A DNA stretch of 62,703 nt, taken from Octopus bimaculoides (lineage: Eukaryota). Shown here piece after piece: positions 38,435 through 51,807 of the stretch; within the stretch, counting starts at the first letter, position 1, and the number at the start of each line of letters is the position of its first letter. The notes beneath the pieces were generated by a model. The model had not been told where the DNA came from. It saw only the letters and a program-made list of their open reading frames with translations, and did no database searches. A program made the position numbers and the translations under genes. The stretch is from assembly GCF_001194135.2 (NCBI RefSeq), contig NC_068983.1:80819680-80882382 (forward strand), read 5' to 3'.

Positions 38435-38491
38435 TACGTGTGTGTGTGTGTNNNNNNNNNNGTGTGTGTGTGTGTGTGTGTGTGTGTACGT

Positions 38492-38528
<37 letters not shown>

Positions 38529-39529
38529 ATTGGAGGAGCTTGTCATGCACCAGTTCAGATTTCAGCTCTAATGATAATTACATTAAACTTCCACTATCCT
38601 CTGTACAGATGAGCCCTCTTCAGTCAAAGGTGGGCTATGACAAAATACAAAGTGCACATCAATAATGAGTGAAAAAAAGAACATGGACATTAACTTGGTA
38701 CTGCTTTAATTCATCTGTTACATATATTTCAGTATTCTACAACACATGACATTGTATAATGGATACATTCACTGAATGCACCTCACTGGGCCAACATGAT
38801 AAGCAAACATATCATCAGATAATACATAGGAGATATAGAATAGACTTGTGACGAAGGACTGAAACCTCAGTCTTCACATTTGTTTCTTTGGTTCTCGGAT
38901 TGTGCACTTAAAATCCATTTGCTTAAGCTGTCAAATTTATCATTTTCTTAGGTTAAACAGAGGTAATTGTAGATAAACCCAATCAATTCCACTTCCAGTG
39001 AATTAGTTTGGCTTTAACGTAAGTCTATATTCATGATACCTATAAAAATCAGCCAGTTCTATCTATGACTTTCAGACAGTTTACTTCTGTCACTTTCTAC
39101 CAGCTACATACCAGCTTTGCAGAGACTTTGTCTTCAAACACATACAAGCACACAAAAAACTTCTTTCACATGAGCCTTGAACCATTTACCTTTTTTGTTC
39201 CACATACTCAGTAGCAGACTACTATAAGGATTGGACAAAAGATTCTTGATGTAAGCAAACTGGCATCAACTATACAAACATTTGTGTTCTTTTCCATTTC
39301 ATCACAATTGTGTAATTATGTAACAATTGAATAAAATCTTATTAAGTGAAAACTATTATCAATTCCTTTCAATGCAGTCAGAAATTATCCACTTGTTAAA
39401 TCTTCTGTAATTCATCTTATGACCACTGTGACTCATTCCTACAAATACTCCAGTCTATCTATGACTCACTCAGTGCATGAAACATCAATGCCTTCTTCAT
39501 CCATAGATATAGCATTTACTCAGTCAGTA

Positions 39530-39900
39530 CTTAAAAGTACTGCCATTCTTAACACACAACCTGGCTCTATGGTTCACAAATATTAAAGCATAGGTTATTG
39601 TGGATAGATTGTTAGCAATACAACCTGAACAGTACATATCACTTCCACCAGATGTCATCATGAAAGTCAGAGATTTAGTAACAGCTCCACCCAACACTGT
39701 CTTGTAAAACAGTCTACAGAAAGAACTCATTAAAACTATCTCTGTTTTGCAGCAGAAATGACTTCACTAACGCGTAAAAGCAGAAGAGCTTGGCACAAGA
39801 AATGTTGCTGCTCTTGTGACAAATGAAACAATTTCTGCGAGACAACACACTTCATGACAAAATATTCAAAGAATTCTTACTGAGGTGATTATCCTTCATT
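39530..39900 (+). mobile_element. Ty3/Gypsy-type gag remnant
   Basis: LKVLPFLTHNLALWFTNIKA..SLPPDVIMKVRDLVTAPP..LQKELIKT..QQK*L..AEELGTR..QMKQFL.DNTL.DKIFKEF, with stops and frameshifts. No LTR seen. Confidence 0.7.
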
Positions 39901-40159
39901 AGGAAGTGGATTTAAATGGCATAAGAGTGTGATGGCTGATATGAGAGGTATAAGGGTGATCTAGTGCAGAATTTTGTCAGTCAACAGGTCACAATCTCAA
40001 AGCTTGAAAATACTTTGGCAAATTAAATTTAGATGTTGAAGTGAATCTAATGGTTTTTGTGTGTTTCTTAAATGGCTTATAAACACCTTCCATGCTGCAA
40101 TTGTTTTTGTTCCAGCACACGATCTCAGATTAGGTCACTTGCTATGCAAGTACATCTCC

Positions 40160-40214
<55 letters not shown>

Positions 40215-40220
<6 letters not shown>

Positions 40221-40346
40221 CAACATCGAAAAATACCTTAGGAATGAGAACCCAGGTTCGAAATTTCCCCAAGACACCTGAAGAAGTCTGGAGGGTATAT
40301 CAGCCGAAACATTGTGTTAACAACAAATAAGATGAGGACAAATATC
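40215..40346 (+). mobile_element. Penelope-like terminal repeat containing a minimal hammerhead motif
   Basis: After (AAT)n: GACAC-CTGAAGA-AGTCTG..CAGCC-GAAA-CATT-GTGTT. Cut by an N gap. Confidence 0.55.
40273..40318 (+). ncRNA. Minimal type I hammerhead ribozyme, partly decayed
   Basis: Stem I GACAC/GUGUU; CUGAAGA; stem II GUCUG/CAGCC with 1 mismatch; GAAAC-AUU; no stem III loop, so a dimer would be needed. Confidence 0.45.
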
Positions 40347-40883
40347 NNNNNNNNNNNNNNNNNNNNNNNNNNNNNNNNNNNNNNNNNNNNNNNNNNNNNN
40401 NNNNNNNNNNNNNNNNNNNNNNNNNNNNNNNNNNNNNNNNNNNNNNNNNNNNNNNNNNNNNNNNNNNNNNNNNNNNNNNNNNNNNNNNNNNNNNNNNNNN
40501 NNNNNNNNNNNNNNNNNNNNNNNNNNNNNNNNNNNNNNNNNNNNNNNNNNNNNNNNNNNNNNNNNNNNNNNNNNNNNNNNNNNNNNNNNNNNNNNNNNNN
40601 NNNNNNNNNNNNNNNNNNNNNNNNNNNNNNNNNNNNNNNNNNNNNNNNNNNNNNNNNNNNNNNNNNNNNNNNNNNNNNNNNNNNNNNNNNNNNNNNNNNN
40701 NNNNNNNNNNNNNNNNNNNNNNNNNNNNNNNNNNNNNNNNNNNNNNNNNNNNNNNNNNNNNNNNNNNNNNNNNNNNNNNNNNNNNNNNNNNNNNNNNNNN
40801 NNNNNNNNNNNNNNNNNNNNNNNNNNNNNNNNNNNNNNNNNNNNNNNNNNNNNNNNNNNNNNNNNNNNNNNNNNNNNNNNNNN

Positions 40884-41122
40884 GGCACATAAAAGACACC
40901 ATTTCGAGCGTGGCCGTTTTCGTGCGGGTGACACGTAAAAGCACCCACTACACTCTCTGAGTGGTTGGCGTTAGGAAGGGCATCCAGCTGTAGAAACTCT
41001 GCCAAATCAGACTGGAGCCTGGTGTTGCCATCCGGTTTCACCAGTCCTCAGTCAAATCGTCCAACCCATGCTAGCATGGAAAGCGGACGTTAAACGATGA
41101 TGATGATGATGATGATGATGAT
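40884..41122 (+). mobile_element. Young RTE LINE 3' end with (GAT)n tail
   Basis: Appears identical by eye to the corresponding part of 50379-50907; the 5' side is lost in a gap. Confidence 0.9.
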
Positions 41123-41164
41123 GTAAAGCTATATTTGTTCTTTAAAGTCTGCTGACACTCCTTT

Positions 41165-41385
41165 TAATATTGATTTGAAATTTTGACACAAGGCCAGCAA
41201 TTTTGGGGGAGGAGGCTAGTCACTTACATTGATTCCAGTACTCAATTGGTACTTATTTTATCGACCCTGAAAGGATGAAAGCAAAGTCAACCTCAGTGGG
41301 ATTTGAACTCAGAATGTAGACAGATGAAATGCCGCTAAGCATTTTGCCCAGCATACTAACAATTCTGCCAGCTTGCTGCCTTAAC
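41165..41385 (-). mobile_element. SINE family C
   Basis: ATCGACCCTGAAAGGATGAAAGCAAAGTC...TTTGAACTCAG...CCAGCTTGCTGCCTT. Confidence 0.8.
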
Positions 41386-41647
41386 ACTCCTTTTAATATT
41401 AACTAGAAAATTATATCTTTTGATCTTTTGTAAAGTTATATACCCACAGTACAAAATCCTGTTAGTTTTGTCGTAGCTCTTAATCACATGAAGTCCTATT
41501 CTCCAATCTTTTATACAGAATTAGTCTTAACTTATGAACATAGACCTCCAATACTCTAAAATTCCTTAAGCCATTACAATTTCAAAATTAGTAATAATTT
41601 ATCTTATACACAACTGCACAAGCATTTAATCTATTACTATACTGTAA

Positions 41648-41842
41648 CCCTTTAGCATTTAAACCGGACATGTTTTAAGCTCAAACCAGCCAGATCTGAC
41701 CTCTAACACCTATCCTATAATGTCATTCTAAAAATAAATCTCATCATTGAAAGCTTGAAGCTATCAGATAATACATGGTTAATTCAAAACAATGTGAATA
41801 AATAAGCATTACATTTGACAGAGTAATCTGAATGCTAAAGGG
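41648..41842. mobile_element. piggyBac-like MITE (195 bp)
   Basis: Perfect 12-bp TIR CCCTTTAGCATT; flanks are GTAA (left) and TTAA (right). Confidence 0.8.
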
Positions 41843-43814
41843 TTAAATAACCTCTGCATCATACCATAAAGCCTTTTCCTCTTTATAAAAATTAAACTCC
41901 CTCAAAATATATTTCTTCATGACAAACAGCATATTTCCAATATCAACTTTAGCTGTTTTACAATTATTATAACTCTTATAATTCCTAATTATATTTCAGA
42001 AATACAAAGCAACTGCTTATTATAAGCCTAGAATTTTTACCTTAAACAAGTTCTACTTTAATTATTTAAACATTGGTTTAATTTTTTGTACATAAATACT
42101 ACCAGATATTTTAAAATTATTCAACCCTTACTAACATATTTTTATTAAAATTACACATTTTATTCTTGAGTTTCATTAATCTTTCTTTATTGTTTTGACT
42201 GATTATATATTATTTTACTGAACTATTGTTATCTAAACAGCCCCTCTTTTAAATTATACTGAACTCTTTAATATAACTTTTCATTCACCTGATTTCTATT
42301 TTATTTCTAATGCAAGTTTGTGTATGTTTGTCAGTGGATAAGCATACATGTGTGAGTATGATTACATTTGTGTGTATGCATTCTTATATGTATACATGCA
42401 TTTATAAATATATGTACATATTCATATATTATATTATGTTTGTGTATATTTTCATATTGTTTTCACTTAATTCTTCTATGCGTTTTTGCCATCTAGAGAT
42501 TTACATGCTTTGTTTACCATTTCATATATCTTTATATCTTTGACATTTATTAAGAAAGTTCGACAATTCCTTTTAATCTTCTTCCTGAACTACTGATCAT
42601 CTACTCGAAATTATTTTGCAATTATAAATTTTTCCTTTTTCTGCTTACAAAACTAGCAATGGACATAACTTTCTCTAGATACTGCTTTTAATTTAAATAA
42701 GGAATTTACAGCACAATTCCTCTGTACTCAGACAAGCATTACCATGAATATCTTCTTAAATACAAAATAATTCTTTTTTTATAGTTGAAAAATGCAGAAG
42801 TTTTTTATTATATTTCAAGCTGTATTTTTTTTGCAAATAATTTTTTACTTTTATTGTTTTTACTTGTTAACAGTTATGTTTATGATTCAGTTTTTTTTCA
42901 AAATTTAATTTTTAAATTGTAAGTTCAATATCTGCAATTCACTTCTACAAACTTCCATGCCCATTACTCCACTTTTTCATGGTTACCCAAGTATATATTT
43001 CATTTTTTAAGCATATCCACAATCTCTTATATACAAAATATAGCTATTATATTTTCTTTAACTGTCTTATTTCAAATGAAGTTCTTTGTATCTTAATAAA
43101 TTAAACAAACATTCTAAATTTGTTTAAATTCCTAACATATTTAACCTATATTTAAACTAGTTTATAGAGTCCCTTTTGTCACATTTCCATTTGTGTAAAG
43201 ATGGAATAAGTTATATTTTTACAAAATATCTATTGCGTCTGGTTTTGCATTTTCTTTCATCATTTTTACATCATCTTAAATAGAAGGAATATTTTATCCT
43301 CTTAGTTATAAATTCCCATTGCTGTTATTTAAATTAAATATTTCATAATAAAGAATATCATTTAAAATTTTTTTGCTTTTCTATAATTATTAATATCCTT
43401 CAAAATACAATTTAAAAAAAAATACTTTTGCTTCTTGAATATCTTACTTTATAAAATTAAAAATATTTTATATACCTTGAGCTAATACAATTTAATTTTG
43501 CAATGCATTTTTTCTTAACTTTATCTATTTATGTCAGTTATTAAGAAACAGACAGTCATGTTCAAATTTCAAATCGTGGAGACTTTATTTTCAGGTTTTT
43601 GACTGTTGGAATAACCAATAAAATTATAGGTATATATATGAAACACAACTTACACACATACACACATATAGTTCCTTGAATCAATTCTGGTTACATAATT
43701 GTATACATGTCTACATTTTATGTTAGCAAGATGAGTCTGAGAAGTGGGGCACCTTGCTGTTTAGCCATAGGACTGCTTGATCCGGGCTGCATGGCTGTAG
43801 ATGAGGGCATGGCT

Positions 43815-43950
43815 CTATTATAAAAATTTGACTTCCCAACCACATGGTCCTGCGTTCAATCCTATTGCATAGCACCAAGTTTTTTCTGCTATAACCTCAA
43901 GCTGAAAATCGTTGAGGATGGATTTGGTAGGCAGAAACTGAAAGAACATC
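43815..43950 (+). mobile_element. SINE family D head, degraded
   Basis: CTTCCCAACCACATGGTCC...GGATTTGGTAGGCAGAAACTGAAAGAA. Confidence 0.65.
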
Positions 43951-44074
43951 GTGTGTGTATTTGTGTATGTATGTGTGGAATGTATGTACTTGTGTGTTTT
44001 TCTGTCTTCTTGCTTTGACAATAAGTGATAGTTTTAAATATATGTCTCCATCATACAAGCATTTTCCCTTGTTC

Positions 44075-44248
44075 CTATTCTTCCACAAAAAATGTCTGGT
44101 CATGGGGAAATTTTACCTTACTTGGAATCAAGTGGAGGTTGGTGATAGGAAGGGCATCTAACCATTGAAAATCTGCCTCAAGAAAATTCCATCCAACCCA
44201 TGTGATCATCGAAAGGGGGACATTAAAATGATGATGATGATGATGATA
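44075..44248 (+). mobile_element. Old RTE-type 3' tail fragment
   Basis: GGTTGGTGATAGGAAGGGCATC...CCAACCCATG...GACATTAAAATGATGAT. Confidence 0.65.
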
Positions 44249-44362
44249 CATATATGTATATATATCTATCTATGTGTGTGTGTACGTGTATATATACATA
44301 TGCATGTATATATACACACAAACACACACACACATACACACACACACACACACACACATAAG

Positions 44363-44425
<63 letters not shown>

Positions 44426-44524
44426 GCATATACACACACACATGCCTATATATATATATATAAAGTTATACATACATATACATACACATACATTCATACA
44501 TACATGTATCTATATCTATATATA

Positions 44525-44715
44525 TATCATCATCATCATAATGTCCATACTCCTAGGCTTTGGCTTGGTACTCTTCCAGACACCAACCCTCACCCAGTTC
44601 CAAGTAAGGAAATATTTCTTTATGGGCAGACATGTTTTTGCAGAATATTGGATCTGAATGACATAACTTTTATGACAACAACAGTCTTTTACATTCATCA
44701 CGTGATGTCTAGACA
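44525..44715 (-). mobile_element. Old RTE-type 3' tail fragment
   Basis: (CAT)n AATGTCC...ACCAACCCTCACCCAGTTCCAAGTAAGG; inverted relative to 44075-44248. Confidence 0.55.
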
Positions 44716-44750
44716 AGGAGACACAAAAATACACACATTCACACATAAGC

Positions 44751-44800
<50 letters not shown>

Positions 44801-45014
44801 TTTGTAGAAAAATATAAATCTGAAGAAGAAGCACACTGTAAAATGTAGAGCAGTTAATATTATGATGGGGGAGGCTGGTTTAGGCCTCCTCCATTATTGC
44901 ATATGTATATATGTATATCTATATATATACACACATATATATACACACGCACATATACACACACACACACATATACACACACATGCACACACACACACAC
45001 ACACTCATAATACA

Positions 45015-45182
45015 TGATAAGCTTCTTCCAGTTTCTATCAACCAAATCCACAATCCACTTATAAGGCTTTGGTCCAATGATGGCTATACTATAAGACACT
45101 TCGCAAAGGTACCATGCAGGGGAATTGAACCTAAGACTTAAAGTTGGGAAGTAGACCTCTTAGCCACACAGCCATACCTGTG
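45015..45182 (-). mobile_element. SINE family D head
   Basis: GCTTCTTCCAGTTTC...CAAATCCAC...AGCCACACAGCCATACCTG. Confidence 0.75.
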
Positions 45183-45227
45183 TTACACATGCACAGAAAC
45201 TCTGACACACACACACACACATGTATA

Positions 45228-46475
45228 TCTGTCCGATTTTACCTTTTTTAAAATTGAATGAAATTTAATAGTATTTTAGAATGTCTAATGGAATTAAAAA
45301 TTATTTTTATGCATTTGTGTACATTTAAACTAATTGAATATTATTTTACAGAATAATAGAATTAAAATTTCCTTGATTAAAACCCTTTCTAACATGGAAG
45401 TATCCAAAGAGTATTTGAGGCACATAATGCTTTATGAGTACAAAAAAGGAAACTCTGTAGCCGAAGCAACTCGAAACATACACTCAGTTGATGGGAAAGA
45501 ATGCTTGAATGAAAGAACTTACAGAAGATGGTTTGCTAGAATTCAGAAGTGGAGATTTCAGACTTGAAGATGAAGATCGAAAAGGACATCCAGTTGAGTT
45601 TGATAAGCTCCTTGAGGCATTACTTGAAGAAAATCCTGCATTATCAGTTGAAGAATTGGCAATAAAGCTTAGTTCAAACCATACAACTGTTCATCGTCAT
45701 CTTCAACAACTTGGAAAGCTTCCTAAACTTGGAAAATGGGTGCCTCATGAATTGTCTGAAAGCATCTGCTCTTCTCTCCATTCTCACGAACTCATTTCAC
45801 CCTTTTTGGATAAACTTGTGACTGGTGATGAAAAATGGATCTTCTATCAAAATGTTAAATGTCGTAAACAGTGGTTTCATAAAAATGAAAAATCTCAACC
45901 ACAACCAAGAGGGGAACTTCATGGGAAAAAGGTTCTTCTCTCTATCTGATGGAATTGCAAAGGGGTAATTCACTTTGAATTGTTACCACCTAATGCAACA
46001 ATCAATGCTCAAGTCTACTGTCAGCAATTAGAGTGTTTGAACCAAGCTTTGAAGAAAAAAAGACCCGCTTTAGTGAATTGAAAAGGAGTGATGTTTCAAC
46101 AGGATAATGCGTGACCCCACACTACAAAGATCACATCACAGAAGATTGAAGAGCTTGGTTGGGAAAAAATTCCTCATCCTCCTTATTCTCCTGACGTTGC
46201 TCCTTCAGGCTACCATTTGTTTCGTAGTTTACAGAAACATTTGGGGGAACATAACTTTCGCTAGCCAGGAGGAGGTCAAAACTGACATTTCAGAGTTCTT
46301 TGCTTTGAAACCAGAAGAGTTTTACATTGATGAGATTAAAAAGCTTGTGAGTAGATGGAATGAAGTCATAGATAATCAGGGAAAGTACATTGATGATTAA
46401 ATTTCAATTAAACACAACATTTGATCACTTGTTTTCTTTATTCATAATTCGGACAGAACTTATGGGATGACCTGA
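45228..46475 (+). mobile_element. Mariner DD34D transposon, near full length, inactive
   Basis: 3' TIR GGACAGAACTTATGGGATGACCTGA followed by TA; only a partial 5' TIR (TCTGTCCG) remains. The transposase pseudogene lies inside. Confidence 0.92.
45394..46400 (+). pseudogene. Mariner transposase pseudogene
   Basis: MEVSKEYLRH.. HTH; WVPHEL; TGDEKW; QQDNA*PH; YSPDVAPSGYHLF (D-34-G, third catalytic Asp lost); frameshifts and several stops. Confidence 0.92.
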
Positions 46476-46989
46476 TATATGTATTTGTGTGTGTTTGTGT
46501 GTGCTTGTAAATATGTATATTTATACTCTATGTGAGTCTCCATATTCATTGCATAACACAATGGACAGACTATATTCATGGGTCAGAAACAAAGCTAAAC
46601 ACCACACTGATGAAGCATGTGTCTAATGGCCAAAATTCAAATTCTGATTTTAATATCCATAGTAATTACAGTAGCCTTGACTACAGTAAATAGCCAACAA
46701 TATATGCTAAAATCACTTAGTCCTAAAGATGAGACTTTGAAGGTCTAGAAGCAATGATAATGGATTTAGAAACTTTATTGTTTCAAACAAACTGAAAGGA
46801 AATGATAGTAATATTATGAAAAAACCTTGATAAAAGTGATAAAACTGGCACATTGTTGTGTTTTCAATACAGCATGTCTAAAAGAAAAGGTATTCCTCAT
46901 ATATACAAATATGCATACACACAGGCACACATACATGTACACACACATGTGCACACACACACACATACACACACATATGAAGAAAGAAA

Positions 46990-47880
<891 letters not shown>

Positions 47881-48077
47881 TTCTATTTTAATACAATTCA
47901 ATTGTATTTTTATAAATGGCATATCTCTGTTTCTTATTTTGTTTTTGTTCTTCATATCACCTCAAATCAACTACATTATGTGAAATTAAATTGTATTTCA
48001 AAATGATATTACTTTAATATTCATATGTGTGTGTATGCATATATATGTGCAAGAATATCCATGTGCACAATATGCTC

Positions 48078-48118
<41 letters not shown>

Positions 48119-48751
48119 TATATTTATATATCGGTAGTTATCTGTCTGCATATATTTGATAGTGTGTAAGTATAGGGGTGGGGTACACATGTAAGAAGCA
48201 AGAGAAAGAGATAAAGAGAGACAGAGAGAGAGAGCAAGATATGTAGATATATGTATATACATATATATGTTACATATGCAAATACAGAAAGGAAGGGAAA
48301 GATAAATAGATAAAGGAAAGTTTGAATACATTTTCTATCTTGCTGTTACAGCCAGAAAAATTTCATTTCATTTTAAGCAATCTTTTATTTGTTTTGTCTT
48401 ATCTATTTCAAGACCATTTGCTAATACAAAGCATGTCACTTTTGTTTTTCATTCATTATTTATTTATCAATGTAGTTGCTGGGAAATATTAAATAATCAC
48501 GAGAAGCATATTATACCACTGGCATTTCTAGCATTATGCCTCTATGTACAAATCTCTCACTCAGTTGTTCTTTATTTCTCCCCCCCTCTCTCTCTCTCTC
48601 TCTCATTCTTTCTTTGTTTCTTCCAGTCACTGTCTCTATCTCTCTCATAATTCTAGAATGCTTCCATGCTATGTAAGAGAAAATTCCCTCAAAAGATAAA
48701 ACTATAGAATTTAAAAAAAAAAATTTAAAAAACATTTTTAACAGATGAATC

Positions 48752-48809
48752 ATGGCAGACGTTTTAGCAAGACTGGGTACAAATTTAGATTACTCAATTG
48801 AAAAGTTAG
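48752..48809 (+). CDS. Candidate first coding exon, MADVLARLGTNLDYSIEKL
   Basis: Acceptor catttttaacag 7 nt upstream, Kozak-like atcATGG, possible donor TAG/gtggtt. No homology recognised. Confidence 0.15.
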
Positions 48810-49049
48810 GTGGTTCTTGTCTATACAAACAAAGCAATTCTGTATATTGGCACACAAGCATACATACTTGCATACACAGACACATACATGCATACACAAA
48901 CACAGACACAGACACACACACATGCACACACACGCACACATACAGAGAAAATAAATAAATATATAAATATATACATATATAAATATATACATATATAAAT
49001 ATATAAATATATAAATTAAATAAAGAAATATACATAATATAAATATGCA

Positions 49050-49089
<40 letters not shown>

Positions 49090-49730
49090 NNNNNNNNNNN
49101 NNNNNNNNNNNNNNNNNNNNNNNNNNNNNNNNNNNNNNNNNNNNNNNNNNNNNNNNNNNNNNNNNNNNNNNNNNNNNNNNNNNNNNNNNNNNNNNNNNNN
49201 NNNNNNNNNNNNNNNNNNNNNNNNNNNNNNNNNNNNNNNNNNNNNNNNNNNNNNNNNNNNNNNNNNNNNNNNNNNNNNNNNNNNNNNNNNNNNNNNNNNN
49301 NNNNNNNNNNNNNNNNNNNNNNNNNNNNNNNNNNNNNNNNNNNNNNNNNNNNNNNNNNNNNNNNNNNNNNNNNNNNNNNNNNNNNNNNNNNNNNNNNNNN
49401 NNNNNNNNNNNNNNNNNNNNNNNNNNNNNNNNNNNNNNNNNNNNNNNNNNNNNNNNNNNNNNNNNNNNNNNNNNNNNNNNNNNNNNNNNNNNNNNNNNNN
49501 NNNNNNNNNNNNNNNNNNNNNNNNNNNNNNNNNNNNNNNNNNNNNNNNNNNNNNNNNNNNNNNNNNNNNNNNNNNNNNNNNNNNNNNNNNNNNNNNNNNN
49601 NNNNNNNNNNNNNNNNNNNNNNGGCTCTTCAAATTCTTAGTATATTTTCAGTACTAAAAGTAGTTATAAAAGCATCATACTTAAGATTAATTTTTTTTTA
49701 TGGTTAGTTCACTTATCATTATCATCATCA

Positions 49731-49783
<53 letters not shown>

Positions 49784-50204
49784 AATATTATCATTATTAT
49801 TTATTTATTTATTCATATATTTTCAAAAATAAATGAAGATATCTACATATTTTTATATAAATTTTAGATGAATTTCTTCTTCTTAGAGATTCATGATATA
49901 CTTTTAAAACAATTAAATAATCAAGTGTAATTTCGAAATATTTCTAAAATTTCTAATGTGTATTATGTCATCGGTGTTAACTTCAAATTCCTTGAGAATC
50001 TTCGCCTTGATAGTGAAGTTATCCATTCAGTTAAGCTAAGAATTCCATTTACCAACCACAAGCGATATATTCTTTAATATATTGTTCTGTTAAAGGTTTC
50101 AAACATTGGACTGTAGCCTTGCTGGAGCACTCTCTTAAAAGGTTTTAATTAATCATATTTATCCAACTATTTATTTTAATCTCGTACTTACTTTTTATCA
50201 ATCT

Positions 50205-50366
50205 ATAGGCAAAAGCATGGCTGAATGGTTAAGAAGTTTGCTTTCCAAGCATGTGGTCTTGAGTTCAGTTCCACTTCATAGCACCTTGGGAAAATGTCTT
50301 CTACTATAGCTCTGGGTTAACCAAATGAGTGGATTTGGTAGATGGAAACTGAAAGAAGCCTGTCAT
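50205..50366 (+). mobile_element. SINE family D head
   Basis: CATGGCTGAATGGTTAAGAAGTTTGC...CACCTTGGGAAAATGTCTT...GAAACTGAAAGAAGCC. Confidence 0.8.
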
Positions 50367-50378
50367 ATATATATATAT

Positions 50379-50907
50379 CCTTTCCGTGGAAGAGGTAGGC
50401 CCAGGAAGACCTGGGCTGAGGTGGTGAGGCAAGACCTTCGTACATTAGGCCTCACCGAGGCGATGACTACGGACCGAGACCTTTGGAAATGGGCTGTGCA
50501 TGAGAAGACCCGGCAAGCCAAGTAAGATCGTTGCCAGTGCCCCTGGACTGGTTCTTGTGCGGTTGGCACATGAGATGCACCATTTTGAGCGTGGCCGTTG
50601 CCAGTACCGCCTGACTGGCTCCTGTAGGATTTTCGAGCGAGATCGTTGCCAGTGCCCCTGGACTGGCTTGTGCGGGTGGCACATAAAAGACACCATTTCG
50701 AGCGTGGCCGTTTTCGTGCGGGTGACACGTAAAAGCACCCACTACACTCTCTGAGTGGTTGGCGTTAGGAAGGGCATCCAGCTGTAGAAACTCTGCCAAA
50801 TCAGACTGGAGCCTGGTGTTGCCATCCGGTTTCACCAGTCCTCAGTCAAATCGTCCAACCCATGCTAGCATGGAAAGCGGACGTTAAACGATGATGATGA
50901 TGATGAT
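50379..50907 (+). mobile_element. Young 5'-truncated RTE LINE (ORF C-terminus + modular 3' UTR + (GAT)n)
   Basis: PFRGRGRPRKTWAEVVRQDLRTLGLTEAMTTDRDLWKWAVHEKTRQAK* (stop 50523-50525) is a typical RTE ORF end; CpG-rich, unmutated UTR. Confidence 0.92.
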
Positions 50908-51114
50908 GTTTCAGTCATTTGATTGTAGCCATGCTGGGGTATCGCCTTGAAGGATTTTAGTCATATGAATCAATCCCAGTACCTTTTCCTTTAAAGCCTG
51001 GTACTTACTCTATCGATGTCTTGTGCCGAACTGCTAAGTTACAGGGACATAAACACACCAACACTGGTTGTCAAGTGTGGTGGTGGACAAACGCAGCCAC
51101 AAAGACACACACAC

Positions 51115-51157
<43 letters not shown>

Positions 51158-51290
51158 NNNNNNNNNNTATATATATATATATACGTGTGTGTGTGTGTAT
51201 ATACGATGGGCTTCTTTCAGTTTCCATCTACCAAATCCACTCACAAGACTTTAGTCAGCCCAAAGCTATAGTAGAAAACACTAGCCCAAT
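50908..51290 (-). mobile_element. SINE family D (tail + internal microsatellite + part of head)
   Basis: TTTCAGTCATTTGATTGTAGCCATGCTGG...AAACACACCAACACTGG...GGGCTTCTTTCAGTTTCC. Confidence 0.8.
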
Positions 51291-51679
51291 GTACCAATGC
51301 ACTTGTCCAATACATACAATGTATGTATTTCTGTCAGTCTGAAAAAGAAGCACACTCTAAAAAATGTTTTGAGCAATAATGAGGTAGTTGGTGGTTATAA
51401 CCAGTCAGAATGAGGCACATAACATCTTCACTAGTAAAGAGGTTATGGGCCTCTTTGCTCATTATTAGTAAGGAGGTTATGTACAACTGGCCAGTAGGTC
51501 TGGTGAGTCACCTATATTGCTAAAAACAATAATAAAACATGAAACCAATGGACACTTTCTGACTGGCCGTAACCAATGACTACATTGAATATATATAGGT
51601 GCTGGAGTGGCTGTATGGTAAAAAGCTTGCTTCTCAACCACATGGTTCCACGTTGGCCATGAGTGAATATTGCTTTGCT

Positions 51680-51807
51680 TTTCTGGGAACAGATGAGGTT
51701 TGGTGACAGGAAGAACATTCAGCAGTAGTAAATCTGCCTTAAATATACTCCATCTGAGCATGGAAAAAGTGGACATTAAAATGTTGTTGATGTTGATGTT
51801 GATAGTG
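51680..51807 (+). mobile_element. Old RTE-type 3' tail fragment
   Basis: GGTTTGGTGACAGGAAGAACATTCAGC...GAGCATGGAAAAAGTGGACATTAAAATG..(GTT/GAT)n. Confidence 0.6.

Noticed and set aside
38848-38875. GTGACGA plus 8-bp hairpin
   Set aside because: C3 and GAAA are missing; an ordinary hairpin.
41850-43700. Very AT-rich, TE-poor stretch with faint PLE-RT-like words near 42650-42750
   Set aside because: Similarity too weak to call by eye; needs an HMM search.
50467-50835. Recurrent ORF MKPDGNTRLQSDLAEFLQLDALPNAN... (also 40238, 51883, 26595, 25287)
   Set aside because: Antisense reading of the RTE 3' UTR. The recurrence reflects repeat copies, not a protein family.
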